A DNA stretch of 50,766 nucleotides from Thermoanaerobaculia bacterium. Lineage in GTDB: Bacteria > Acidobacteriota > Thermoanaerobaculia > Multivoradales > UBA5704. Below the pieces are notes generated by a model. That model worked only from the letters and a program-made list of their open reading frames with translations. It had not been told where the DNA came from and ran no database searches. Below, one piece after another: positions 1 through 9,674 of this stretch; within the stretch, counting starts at the first letter, position 1, and each line of letters begins with the position of its first letter. Both the position numbers and the translations under genes were made by a program. Location: positions 1 through 50,766 of the forward strand of contig JBGAGQ010000048.1 of the NCBI GenBank assembly GCA_044226625.1, given 5' to 3'.

Positions 1-2
1 GA

Positions 3-1532
3 GGGTATCTCGGGAGGCCGGATCTGACGGCGGAGCGGTATGTGCCGGACGGCTGGAGCGGCGAGCCGGGCGCTCGTGTCTACCGCACCGGAGACCTGGT
101 GAAGTGGGTCGGATCCGGCGGCTCGGAGGCATGGGAGTACCTGGGCCGCATGGACCGCCAGGTGAAGGTGCGAGGCTATCGGGTGGAGCTGGGGGAGGTG
201 GAGTCGGCGTTGCGGGGTGCGACGGGCATGCCGGAGGTGGTGGTGGACCTGGAGGGCGTGGGGTCGGACCGTCATCTTTGGGCTTGGCTGGCTCCCTGGG
301 GAGAAAGCGTGGCTCGCCGATTGAGCGCGAGCGAGACGGGTGCCTTGCGCGAGTCGCTGCGGGCTCGGCTGCCAGAGGCGTTTGTGCCGTCTCATTTCGT
401 GGGACTTCAAGCCTTGCCTCGGACGAGCAGTGGCAAGGTGGACCGACGCGCACTGCCGCGGCCGGCGGACGTCGAAGGGCTGCGGCCGAGCGCACCGCGA
501 GATGCCTTTGAGCTAAGGGTCGCTCAAGCCTTTCGCGATCTGCTTGGAGGCCGCGATGTCACTCCGTCGGATAACTTTTTTGAGATCGGTGGGCATTCCC
601 TGCTCGCGTTTCGGCTGCTCTCCCGGCTGCGGGACGTCTGCTCTACGCTCACTCTCGCGGACATTTTTAGTAGGCCCACCGTCGAGCGTCTCGCGACAGC
701 GCTTCGCCGTGGAGTCAGCGATCGCGAACCCCGAAGCCTAGTGCCCCTCGCTCAGGGAGCCGAGCCGGTGTACTTCTGGATCCATCCCGTGGGAGGAACG
801 GTTACGGCGTACGGTGCACTGGCTCGGCGACTCAAGCGGTTCGGCGCGATCTTCGGGATCCAGGCGAAAGGCCTTTCTCCAGGCCAGACGCCGGTCGACT
901 CGGTCGAAGTGATGGCCGAGCAGTACCTGGAAGAAATCCGCAAAGTCCGTCGGTCGGGTCCCTTGCGGCTCGGAGGCTGGTCGATGGGCGGGCTCATCGC
1001 TTACGAGATGGCACGCCAGTCGGCGCGAGCCGGCGAGGTCGTGCAAGAGCTCGTCCTGGTTGACACCCAGCTGCCCTTGGCCATGGGAGTCTCAGCGCTC
1101 GACCTCAAGGCCCGTTTCGCTTGGTTCGCGTCAGATCTTGCGGGTCGGCCGGATCGGCCGCTGGACCCACCGGAGGTCGAAGAGGGCTTGGAGAGGGCGT
1201 TGCACGAGCTCCTGGCAGCCGCGATCGAAGCGAAGATCCTGCCCACGGATTTCGAGCTGGCCGAGCTCAATCGCCTCTTCTCCTGTTTCGAGGCGAACCT
1301 GGAAGCCGCCAACGGATACCGTCCGGGACCCTACTCGGGGAGCCTACTCTGGCTGGGGGCGAGATCATCCCCGTCGAGTGGTGACTCGTTGCGGGGCTGG
1401 AGGGAACTGGCACCGCAGCTCAGAGCCATCGAGCTACCGGGAAATCATTATTCGCTTTTGCGGGAGCCCACGGTTCGAGAGATCGCGCGCTTGTTGAGCG
1501 GTATCGGCGAACCGGAGATCCGTCCGATATGA
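3..1532 (+). CDS. Non-ribosomal peptide synthetase, C-terminal fragment (end of A domain - PCP - thioesterase); 5'-truncated by window edge
   Basis: Frame open from nt 3 (GYLGRPDLTAERYVPD). A-domain motifs YRTGDL, GRMDRQVKVRGYRVELGEVE and LPRTSSGKVDRRAL; PCP motif DNFFEIGGHSLL; TE motifs HPVGG, GGWSMGG and PGNHYSLL. Confidence 0.96.
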   Translation, partial: GYLGRPDLTAERYVPDGWSGEPGARVYRTGDLVKWVGSGGSEAWEYLGRMDRQVKVRGYRVELGEVESALRGATGMPEVVVDLEGVGSDRHLWAWLAPWGESVARRLSASETGALRESLRARLPEAFVPSHFVGLQALPRTSSGKVDRRALPRPADVEGLRPSAPRDAFELRVAQAFRDLLGGRDVTPSDNFFEIGGHSLLAFRLLSRLRDVCSTLTLADIFSRPTVERLATALRRGVSDREPRSLVPLAQGAEPVYFWIHPVGGTVTAYGALARRLKRFGAIFGIQAKGLSPGQTPVDSVEVMAEQYLEEIRKVRRSGPLRLGGWSMGGLIAYEMARQSARAGEVVQELVLVDTQLPLAMGVSALDLKARFAWFASDLAGRPDRPLDPPEVEEGLERALHELLAAAIEAKILPTDFELAELNRLFSCFEANLEAANGYRPGPYSGSLLWLGARSSPSSGDSLRGWRELAPQLRAIELPGNHYSLLREPTVREIARLLSGIGEPEIRPI

Positions 1533-3322
1533 GCTCGAACCCGCCTCGTGTCCGAAGGCGCCCCCCTCCGCCACCGAAAAGCCATTGGCGGCGGCTCCTT
1601 GCCTACGCCGTCGTCTACCGTCGCCAGATGGCAGGTGCCACCATCACCCTTCTCCTGTCGACGGCTCTCGGACTGCTCGGTCCGATCCAGATGCAACATC
1701 TGGTCGACGCGATCGTTCCCGGCGGCGACAGCTCGCAGCTCACCTCCTCGATGCTTCTTCTGGTCGCCATCTTCATCGCCCAAGGCCTTGCGATGCTCGT
1801 GCGCGGCTACCTATTCGAGATGGTCGGACTTCGAATCATCGCCGATCTTCGTCGCGATCTGTTCGCCCATCTGACGTGCCTTTCGCCCAGTTTCTACTCC
1901 GCGAGGCGAACGGGTGAGCTGGTCTCGCGAGTCGTCAATGACAGCGCGAGCCTCGGCAGTACCTTGACCGAGGAGCTTGCGAGCGGCATTGCCTACCTTT
2001 TGACGTTCGTGGGGGCGATGGTCTGGATTCTCTACACGAATTGGCGACTGACGCTTTTCATGATCGCGATCGTCCCGGTCGTTTCCTTGATCGCGAGCCG
2101 GCTCGGCAGGAGAGTCCGCACTCTTTCCGTGTCGGTGCAGGATGCCGTCGGCGGGCTTGCAGCGGGTCTGGAAGAGACGATTTCGGGAATGAGAATCGTC
2201 CAGTCGTTTGTCGGCGAGCGATTTGAACGAGAGCGCTTCGAGAAGGTGATCCGGAAGACTTTCTCTGCCGCGCTGGCACGCGTCAAAGTCCAGGTCCTTT
2301 CGGGTCCGATCGTTTCGATCTTGTTTCTCGTCGCCGTCGTCTTCGTCGTCTGGTTCGGCGGCCGTGAGGTGGTGGCCGGCCGCATGACGACCGGTGAGCT
2401 GGTGACGTTCATCTTGCTCACGATGAACATGGGCAATGCGATCCGCCAGCTCGGTCGCTTGTGGAACACCATCCAGCAGGCGCTCGGTTCCTCGGAGCGC
2501 CTCTTCGAGCTGCTCGATTGCCGACCGGAGATCGAAGATGCCGAGTGGGCAAGAAATTTGCCGACCGTGGCCGGGCGCATCCGATTCTCGGCGACGACGT
2601 TCTCTTATCCTAGGGCCGGAGACAATGAACAACCGGCCCTCGCGGACCTGAACTTGGAGATTGAGGCCGGCGAGATGTTGGCCCTGGTGGGTCCCAGTGG
2701 TGCCGGAAAAACCACCTTGGTCAACCTGATCCCCAGGTTCTTCGATCCGACGGCGGGTCGAATCCTGATTGACGATCTCGACATCTCGGACGTCACTCTC
2801 GCCAGCCTCCGATCCCAGGTCGGAATGGTGCCCCAGGAGACTTACCTCTTCGCGGGTACCGTCCGTGAAAACTTGCAGTACGGCCGCCCGAGGTGCACGG
2901 TCAAGGAGATGACCGAAGCCGCCCACGCCGCCAATGCGCATGAATTCATCGAAAGGCTTCCCAACGGTTACGACACGATCGTCGGAGAGCGGGGGTTGCG
3001 TCTTTCCGGAGGCCAGCGGCAGCGCCTTGCGATCGCCCGCGCCATTCTCAAGAACCCTCGAATCCTGTTGCTCGACGAAGCCACTTCGGCGCTCGACAAC
3101 GAAAGCGAAGAGCTGGTTCAAGAGGCCTTGGATCGCCTCATGAGCGGTCGTACTACGATCGTCATCGCCCATCGGTTGAGCACGATCAAGAAGGCAGATC
3201 GTGTCGCCGTCCTGGACCAAGGGAGACTGGTCGAGTTGGGAACGAGCACCGATCTACTTGCCCGGGGAGGCCTCTATGCGCGCCTCCATCGCCTCCAGTT
3301 CAAGAGCGAGGGGGAAGGCTGA
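1529..3322 (+). CDS. ABC exporter, fused permease/ATP-binding (MsbA/Sav1866-like)
   Basis: About six TM helices, then Walker A GPSGAGKT, signature LSGGQRQR, Walker B ILLLDEATSALD and IAHRLST; ATGA overlap with the NRPS stop. Confidence 0.95.
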   Translation: MSSNPPRVRRRPPPPPKSHWRRLLAYAVVYRRQMAGATITLLLSTALGLLGPIQMQHLVDAIVPGGDSSQLTSSMLLLVAIFIAQGLAMLVRGYLFEMVGLRIIADLRRDLFAHLTCLSPSFYSARRTGELVSRVVNDSASLGSTLTEELASGIAYLLTFVGAMVWILYTNWRLTLFMIAIVPVVSLIASRLGRRVRTLSVSVQDAVGGLAAGLEETISGMRIVQSFVGERFERERFEKVIRKTFSAALARVKVQVLSGPIVSILFLVAVVFVVWFGGREVVAGRMTTGELVTFILLTMNMGNAIRQLGRLWNTIQQALGSSERLFELLDCRPEIEDAEWARNLPTVAGRIRFSATTFSYPRAGDNEQPALADLNLEIEAGEMLALVGPSGAGKTTLVNLIPRFFDPTAGRILIDDLDISDVTLASLRSQVGMVPQETYLFAGTVRENLQYGRPRCTVKEMTEAAHAANAHEFIERLPNGYDTIVGERGLRLSGGQRQRLAIARAILKNPRILLLDEATSALDNESEELVQEALDRLMSGRTTIVIAHRLSTIKKADRVAVLDQGRLVELGTSTDLLARGGLYARLHRLQFKSEGEG

Positions 3323-3692
3323 CCCCCTCGGCACTACCCGTGACTCGTCGCCTCGAAGCGATAGGGGATCGTTGCGCTCGGAATCCCGGTTGAGCCCGAC
3401 GACCTCGGGTCGCGGTCGTCGCGATCGACGCGAGGAGCCGAGAGCGGATCGTCCCAGTGGCTGACGAGGGGCGATTTCCCGCTTCTGCCGACTCGATGCA
3501 CTCCTGGGAGAGAGGCCCCTCTCGGAAGGTCCCGAGGGGTGGGGGAGTCTTTAGGCTCGGCGGGCGGCGAATTTCGCCTAACCGCTTGGACCGGGTAGGC
3601 GCTCGAAGGCTCCAAAGCGAACGACTCGTTCCAGGTGTCCCATGGCAGGGGGCACGTTCGGCCTGCGGCGCTCGGCGTGCGAAGGGAGTTCG

Positions 3693-4688
3693 ATGTACGT
3701 AAGCAATTTCGACGACTGGTATGAGCGGGCGAGCGTCCGGGTCAAGCCCCGACGCATGCTTCTCGACGAAGAGGCGGCCGGAAGGGTCTATTTCCCCTCG
3801 GCGCAGCTGCCGATCGTTGACCACCCGCTCGTCCGGGAACGTGGGGCTGCGGCGGTGCGCACCCTGCAGATCCGTCATCTCTATCGCTATCTTGACTTCA
3901 CGACCCATCTCGAGCACCACCTGGTGAATTCGGCGGCGCAGAAGATCGCCTTCAAGCGGACCGATTTCGACCTGCCGGACGCGATGCTGTTCGACGCGCA
4001 CAAGCTCTACACCGACGAGGCCTATCACGCGCTGTTCTCGGAGGACCTCAAGATCCAGGTCGTGGCGGCGACCCAGGTCCTCCCCGGCACGACCGGGGCG
4101 CCAGGCTTCCTCAAATGGCTGCACGGTCAGCAGGCGGCCCATCCCCCGGAATGGGAGGGGCTGCTGGAGATCTACTCCGCGGTAGTCGCCGAGACGTTGA
4201 TCTCCGCCACTCTCGTGCAAGTTCCCCGCGACCCGACGGTGGTCACCGCGGTGCGCGACCTGATCGCCGACCACGCCGAGGACGAGGCGATTCACCACAA
4301 GTTCTTCGCCCAGCTCTTCCGCATGACTTGGCCGAAGCTTTCGGCCGAGCAGCGCTCGTTCCTCGGGCCGAAGCTCGCCCAATTCATGATCAAGTTCCTA
4401 TTCCCCGATTTCGCCGAGCTACGAGCGAACTTGAGGACGGTGGGCCTCGACGAGGCTGCGGCTGAGGAGGTCCTCGAGCAGACCTATGCCTCTCGCGACG
4501 AGGTCATGGCGGGAATTCGGCGTACGGCGAGGATGACACTCCGCCTCTTCGAGCAGTGCGGTGTCCTGCGCGATGCCGAGGCGCAGGAGGCGTTCGAGCG
4601 GGAAGGCTTGCTCGTTCCGACGCCGGCAGCGACGCTCGAGGAGGAGATGGCGGAAGGTCTCGCGTACGCCGAGAGCGTGGAGCGTTAA
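3693..4688 (+). CDS. AurF/CmlI-family diiron N-oxygenase (PvfB/HamC-like)
   Basis: N-terminal WYERASVRVKPRR; ferritin-like ligand pattern LEHHLVN, DEAYHA, AETLIS and DHAEDEAIHH; SD-like GGGAG before ATG 3693. Confidence 0.85.
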   Translation: MYVSNFDDWYERASVRVKPRRMLLDEEAAGRVYFPSAQLPIVDHPLVRERGAAAVRTLQIRHLYRYLDFTTHLEHHLVNSAAQKIAFKRTDFDLPDAMLFDAHKLYTDEAYHALFSEDLKIQVVAATQVLPGTTGAPGFLKWLHGQQAAHPPEWEGLLEIYSAVVAETLISATLVQVPRDPTVVTAVRDLIADHAEDEAIHHKFFAQLFRMTWPKLSAEQRSFLGPKLAQFMIKFLFPDFAELRANLRTVGLDEAAAEEVLEQTYASRDEVMAGIRRTARMTLRLFEQCGVLRDAEAQEAFEREGLLVPTPAATLEEEMAEGLAYAESVER

Positions 4689-4934
4689 CGCGCTCGGAGT
4701 CTCGGCTCTCGGGAGCGGAGACCGGACGGGCCGGTGGTCATCCGACGCTCGGGTCGGCAGGACGTTCCTCGAGAGGTCTGACCCAAGAGGGCAGGAGCCG
4801 GTTCAGAGCCCTAAATCGGCGGAGCGGCCTGAAAATCGCTATCGTCCCGTAAGAAAATGCGACGCCACCGCGTTGCCATCGCGGGCGCCGGGGCCAATAC
4901 CGGCCGCGCGCCGGCCCGCACCGTGGAGGTTCCC

Positions 4935-5258
4935 ATGCCGCACCACGCCGAACCAATCCGTTCGAACCGAGACGTTCCCCAGATGGCGATCCACGTTCGC
5001 CGGTGCGCCCTCGCCGCGCTCTTGACCCTGTTTTTGGGGTCATCTCCTGCCCTTGCGGTGCCGATGGGAGCCGTGGGGGAGGCCGACACCCTTCGCTTCG
5101 CCGTTGCGGCCTTCCTGGAACACCTGCTCGGGACCGAGCTCTTCCTGTTGGATCAGCTCGACGAGATCGGGACCTACATCGATCCCGACGGTGCACCCAC
5201 GCAACAGACCGCTCCCCCTCCCGCCGGCCCGGCTCCGGCCCGAGCCCTAGGAACCTGA
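4935..5258 (+). CDS. Small predicted secreted protein/peptide precursor (107 aa) with EIGTYIDPDG motif
   Basis: GGAGG SD before ATG 4935; RR + hydrophobic stretch + PALA signal-peptidase-like site; acidic motif DQLDEIGTYIDPDG, then Pro/Ala-rich tail. Confidence 0.6.
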   Translation: MPHHAEPIRSNRDVPQMAIHVRRCALAALLTLFLGSSPALAVPMGAVGEADTLRFAVAAFLEHLLGTELFLLDQLDEIGTYIDPDGAPTQQTAPPPAGPAPARALGT

Positions 5259-5414
5259 GGTCGGTCCCGCGGCGAAGGGAGAGCGCGCCGGAACCGGTCG
5301 CGAGTCGGCTCGTCTCCGGATGAGCCCGGACGGATCCCTTCGACCCGGGTCTGTGCGAAAATACCTCTTGGCCCAAAGAGCTCGTTCCCCGGCCAAGGCC
5401 GGGCGCGAGGGATC

Positions 5415-6755
5415 ATGGAAGACCACCCCGACCTGACCGAATCCGACCTGGCCGGATTGGAACGCGGCGAGTTGCCTGCGGGACCCTTAGGTCTCGAGGC
5501 TGCGGTTCACCTTCGAGCCCGGTGTGCGACCTGCCTCGCCCGCTACGGATCGCGCCTGGCGCCGGTGCTCGATCCCCGCTGGGACGGGGACTCTCAGGCC
5601 ACCTTGAGCCCGCACGAGGACCGGCAGTACGAATTCGTCTTCCGCCTCGCCCTCCAGAAGGTGAAAAAGAATCGGCCCGAGATCGACGCGGCGCTCGTCC
5701 GCGCGCGCCGCGAGGTGGAGGGAACGGCACTCTTGGTCGAGGGAAGATTTCCGCGCGGCACGCCGGCCCTCCGGTGGTCGCGATCCCAAGGGTGGCTCGA
5801 GAAGGCGAAGGCCTGCCGGCGTGGGGCTCCGGAGGAGTATTTCGTCTTTGCCACGCTCGCCGCCGCCTATTCGCTCGGGCTCGAGCCTGCCGAGCATCCG
5901 GCAGGCGACGCCGCGGACCTTCAGGCTCTGGCGATTGCCGAAGCGGCGAACGGTCACCGCCGCGCCAAACGCTTCGCCGAAGCGGAGGCTCTGCTGGCCG
6001 ACGCTATCGAGAGAGCTCGAGAGGGGACCGGCACCCTCCCGGTCGCCCTCGAGATCGCCCGCCGGACGGCCAGCCTGCTCGTCGACCGACGCCGTTACGA
6101 AGAGGCGGGCGGCCTCCTGCTCCGTACCTTTGCTGGCTACGAGTCGCTCGGGCTCCGACACGAAGCCGGCCAGCAGACGGTCCTCCTCGGCGTGGTTCAC
6201 CAATGCATGGGAGCCCCAAGGCTCGCACTCGAGGCGTTTCTCCAGGCTCTCGATCGGATCGACGGAGCCCGCGAACCGGAGCTCGCGGTCGCCGTCGTGC
6301 ACAACGTTCTGCGCTCCTTTCTGGAGTTGGAGCTCTGGCTGGCGGCGGAGCGCCTGCTTCCGGGTGCCCTTCGACTTTCCGAACGATACGGATCACCCCT
6401 CGATCGCTTGAAGCTCGCGGCGCTCGAAGCGCGCCTGCTCGCGGGACTCGGCCGCTCGCTGGAGGCGGGCAGGGCCTACGAGGACGTCATCGCGGAGTTC
6501 GAGCGCCACCGCCAGCATGCCGAGTCGGCGGTCGTCCGCCTGGAGCTTGCCGCGCTCTACCTCTCGCGTCGCCGCTTCGACCGCGCCCGCCTCGTTCTCG
6601 AAGACGTGCGCGAGGTATTCGAGTCGATCGGCATCCACCGCGAAGCGCTCGGAGCGCTCCTTCTGCTCAAGGAGGCGGTCGAAGGCGAGCGAGCCACGAT
6701 CGAGATGGTCCGCCGCGTGATGGCGGCGGTGGAGGTCGGAATTCAGGGAAAGTGA
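5415..6755 (+). CDS. Zn-finger (ZAS-like) N-terminus + TPR-like helical repeat protein
   Basis: N-terminal H-(x28)-HLRARCATC resembles anti-sigma zinc fingers; repeated TPR-like helices (RRAKRFAEAEALL, DRRRYEEAGGLL, GRSLEAGRAYEDV, RRRFDRARLVL); no TM or signal peptide. Confidence 0.75.
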   Translation: MEDHPDLTESDLAGLERGELPAGPLGLEAAVHLRARCATCLARYGSRLAPVLDPRWDGDSQATLSPHEDRQYEFVFRLALQKVKKNRPEIDAALVRARREVEGTALLVEGRFPRGTPALRWSRSQGWLEKAKACRRGAPEEYFVFATLAAAYSLGLEPAEHPAGDAADLQALAIAEAANGHRRAKRFAEAEALLADAIERAREGTGTLPVALEIARRTASLLVDRRRYEEAGGLLLRTFAGYESLGLRHEAGQQTVLLGVVHQCMGAPRLALEAFLQALDRIDGAREPELAVAVVHNVLRSFLELELWLAAERLLPGALRLSERYGSPLDRLKLAALEARLLAGLGRSLEAGRAYEDVIAEFERHRQHAESAVVRLELAALYLSRRRFDRARLVLEDVREVFESIGIHREALGALLLLKEAVEGERATIEMVRRVMAAVEVGIQGK

Positions 6756-6777
6756 TGTAGGCGCGATCGCAAACGGA

Positions 6778-7545
6778 CTAGCGCGAGCCGGCGAGCGCCA
6801 CGACGTAGTGTGGACTTTCCTGAATCGTATTGTGCCCTACTCCCTCGATCATCCTCAGGGTCGCGACCCCTGGTCGGAAGGTGGCGAGGAGTGCCCGGGT
6901 GCTCGCGGGGGGGACGATCTCGTCGCGCTCGGCAGCGAGGAGAAGGGTCGGAGTGGTGACCCTCGCGGCGTAGCGCCAGGAATCGAACGGGTCACGCATC
7001 AAGAGGCGTACGGGGAAGATCGGGTAGTGCTTGGCCCCGATCTCGGCCAGGCTGTAGTAGGGCGTCACGAGGACCAGACGGGAGACAGGCCGCGCCGCGG
7101 CAATCTGAACCGCGACGCCGCTCCCGAGGCTACGGCCGATGACGGTGACCTCGGAATGGTCGGCCTGGACCCGATCGAAAAGCGCGAGCCCATCGGCGAC
7201 CAGCCCTTTCTCCGAAGGCTCTCCCGCGCTGCCGCCGTAGCCGCGGTAGTGCATCAGGAAGAGCGTACGGTCGGGGAAGGCGTTCTCCAGGTCCGGGAAG
7301 CTCAGGTGAACGTCCTCGGCGTTACCGCCGAAGTAGAGCACCGCCGCCTGTGTGCGCAGCTCCCGCGAAGTTACCCGTAGTTTCACTCCGCCGGAATCGA
7401 ACGCGAACGCCGATGCCCCTCGCGGAAGCGACGAAGCTGGATGCGGCATGAAGAGGAGCGAGCGCTGGAAGGCGAACAGCAGGAGGCACCCGCCGAGATA
7501 GAGCAGCGCGACGATCGCCGCGATTGTCAGGACGGGACGGAGCAT
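6778..7545 (-). CDS. Alpha/beta hydrolase (ABHD12/13, Bem46-like) with N-terminal membrane anchor
   Basis: YFGGNAE, YRGYGGS, nucleophile GRSLGSG, DEIVP and GHN; start set at MLRPVLT. Confidence 0.9.
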   Translation of the reverse strand: MLRPVLTIAAIVALLYLGGCLLLFAFQRSLLFMPHPASSLPRGASAFAFDSGGVKLRVTSRELRTQAAVLYFGGNAEDVHLSFPDLENAFPDRTLFLMHYRGYGGSAGEPSEKGLVADGLALFDRVQADHSEVTVIGRSLGSGVAVQIAAARPVSRLVLVTPYYSLAEIGAKHYPIFPVRLLMRDPFDSWRYAARVTTPTLLLAAERDEIVPPASTRALLATFRPGVATLRMIEGVGHNTIQESPHYVVALAGSR

Positions 7546-7681
7546 GGGGTCTTCGAATGCATGGAACGAATTGGGATCAAGCGTCGCCAGCAGGGTAACA
7601 CGGCGCTCGGAAGGACAAGACGCGTCCGCGTCCGTCTCATGGAGAAGATGGAGAAGGGAATCGGGAGGAGAGGAGGGCGCC

Positions 7682-8854
7682 ATGGCCACCAGGGGTAACG
7701 ATCGAAAGAAGGCGGAGCAAGCGAAGAAGACGAAGCCGCCCATTGCGAAGCCGATCTCGAAGGCCTCGCCAAAGAAGCGCGCTGCCCAGGATCTCAAAGC
7801 GAGCTCGAAGCCGAACCCGAAAAAGAGCCCCAAACCAAAGCGGCCGGAGGTCCTTTCGCCGCGCGCCGCCAAAGGAATCGCCGCCCTCACGGTCGGCCCG
7901 GCCCCCGAGCCACCGGTCGGTGACAAGCCGACGCCCGGCAAGCTCGCCAAAGAGCGGCGCCGCTTGCACGCGCAAGACCGGCGCGAGCGTCAGCAGCGGA
8001 TCAGGGTGTTCAAGGAAGCCGACAAGGCGATCGCTCAGAGCCGCGAGAACGCGCTCGCCGCCGCATCCGCTCCGGGCGCTCCGAAGGCGTTCGCCGCGGC
8101 GGCCGCCACTCCGCCGCCGCTCCGCATCCTCGCTGAGGGGGACTCTTGGTTCGACTATCCGAATTTCCGCGGCGCGGGGGTGATCTGGCAGCTCGAGAAT
8201 ACGATCAAGTTGAACGCGCTTTTCTTGAACCTCGCAAAGGCCGGAGACGAGGCGCGTTACATGCTCGGCGTCGACGAGCGGAAGGTACTCGCCGACCAGC
8301 TCAAGCAGGCGGTCGATCGCGGGCGACCGTTCGACGGACTACTGTTTTCAGGCGGGGGCAACGACATCGTGGGCAACCCGCTCGTCCTGTGGCTCAAGAC
8401 CTTCGCCGCAGGAATGACGGCAGATCAGGTGATCGATTCTCCGCGTTTCGATGCCGCGGCTGGCCTGGTGCTCGCGGCGTATGAAGACCTGATCCAGATC
8501 CGCGACGCGCAGAGCCCGGATACGGCGATCTTTCTTCACGCATACGATCACGCCATTCCGGACGGCCGAGGGATTTGCGGCATCGGACCCTGGCTGCAAC
8601 CTTCGCTCAAAGCACGCGGCGTGCCGGAAGCTCTGCGGCGCGATGTCGTCAAGGCGCTCCTGTCTCGGTTCGCGACGAAGCTCCAGGCGCTCGCAAGCGA
8701 TCCCCGGAAGATTTTCCTGGTGCCGACGCAAGGGGCTCTCTTGGGTCACGACGGCTGGTGGGACAACGAGCTCCATCCGAACGCCGATGGATTTCGTGCG
8801 GTCGCCAAGAAGTTCCGCGATGCCCTGAGAGCGGTCTTCCCCGGGCGGGTGTAA
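7682..8854 (+). CDS. SGNH/GDSL-family hydrolase with Lys/Pro/Ala-rich N-terminal extension
   Basis: Block I AEGDSWFDYP, block III SGGGND, block V DNELHP; GGAGG SD before ATG 7682. Confidence 0.85.
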   Translation: MATRGNDRKKAEQAKKTKPPIAKPISKASPKKRAAQDLKASSKPNPKKSPKPKRPEVLSPRAAKGIAALTVGPAPEPPVGDKPTPGKLAKERRRLHAQDRRERQQRIRVFKEADKAIAQSRENALAAASAPGAPKAFAAAAATPPPLRILAEGDSWFDYPNFRGAGVIWQLENTIKLNALFLNLAKAGDEARYMLGVDERKVLADQLKQAVDRGRPFDGLLFSGGGNDIVGNPLVLWLKTFAAGMTADQVIDSPRFDAAAGLVLAAYEDLIQIRDAQSPDTAIFLHAYDHAIPDGRGICGIGPWLQPSLKARGVPEALRRDVVKALLSRFATKLQALASDPRKIFLVPTQGALLGHDGWWDNELHPNADGFRAVAKKFRDALRAVFPGRV

Positions 8855-8879
8855 GCGCCGGGTGGTAATCTTGCGGGCG

Positions 8880-9617
8880 ATGCGCCTGCTCGCCCACGCC
8901 GTCACCGATTCGTTCTTTTTTCCTCGGTCGGCCGTCCCTCGCACGGCTTTCATCCTGCTTGCGCTAGAGGTGGCGCTCGCCGCGGGGGCATGCGGCGCGG
9001 CGCCCGATGGCGGCGAACGCTCGCGGCTCCGTTCGTTTCCCGATCGGGTGGAGCTTCCCGCAACCGTCCACCGGGCGAAATTTGAGCGCGAGCTACTCGG
9101 CCTCGGCATGCCCGGTTATCACTTCCTGGTTTGGGACGAGGGGGGAGCCTCCGGTGCCGCGTTGTTCGTGTCGAAAGTCTCCGATCGCGCGATCCTCGTG
9201 GCGTTGGAAAAATTAGGTCTGAAGCCGGGTAACGCGCTCGGGATGGAGACCTGGGACGAGCGGAAAGATCCCCGGTCCCCGGCGAGCGACAAGCTGATCG
9301 AGGGGCCTTCGGTCGAGGTGCTCGTGCGGCTGCCGGGCAAGAAGGATCTGCTCGGTATCGGGGACGTTCTGACCGATCCCGCCGGGCGCGGCTTCGACAT
9401 GCGTTTTGGCGGCCACGAAAGGAACATCCACCTTTCGCACTCCGGCTGCCTGATCTGCCTCTATTCCTGCCCGGGAAGCAAGATCGGCAACCGCGCCTAC
9501 GCCGTGCGCGACTACACGAAGAAGACGAACGAGTTTCGCGTCCGTCCGGGCGTGCTGCCGCCGGATGGGACCGAGGTGACGATCGTGCTGCGGAAAGTCA
9601 ACGCGCAGAAAAAGTGA
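8880..9617 (+). CDS. YdjY-like protein, probable lipoprotein
   Basis: Lipobox-like LAAGAC; conserved LGLKPGN and SGCLICLYSCP (CxxCxxxC) typical of YdjY domain proteins. Confidence 0.7.
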   Translation: MRLLAHAVTDSFFFPRSAVPRTAFILLALEVALAAGACGAAPDGGERSRLRSFPDRVELPATVHRAKFERELLGLGMPGYHFLVWDEGGASGAALFVSKVSDRAILVALEKLGLKPGNALGMETWDERKDPRSPASDKLIEGPSVEVLVRLPGKKDLLGIGDVLTDPAGRGFDMRFGGHERNIHLSHSGCLICLYSCPGSKIGNRAYAVRDYTKKTNEFRVRPGVLPPDGTEVTIVLRKVNAQKK

Positions 9618-9651
9618 AACGGGCGCTCCGCCCGAAAGCGAAGCGCCCGTT
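9618..9651. terminator. Hairpin between convergent genes, probable terminator
   Basis: AACGGGCGCT...AGCGCCCGTT inverted repeat immediately after the stop at 9617. Confidence 0.6.
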
Positions 9652-9674
9652 CGATCCTACGGCGGGAGTCGGCC

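Noticed and set aside
3323-3692. Riboswitch or ncRNA in the gap before the N-oxygenase
   Set aside because: Only generic GC hairpins; no recognisable conserved RNA motif.
4935-5258. RiPP (lasso/graspetide) precursor interpretation of the IDPDG peptide
   Set aside because: No adjacent maturase, RRE or peptidase, and it has a Sec-type signal peptide. The ATP-grasp gene is 33 kb away.
7544-7950. Apparent 400-bp head-to-head overlap of the two hydrolase ORFs
   Set aside because: Artefact of choosing the longest starts; better starts are 7545 (-) and 7682 (+).
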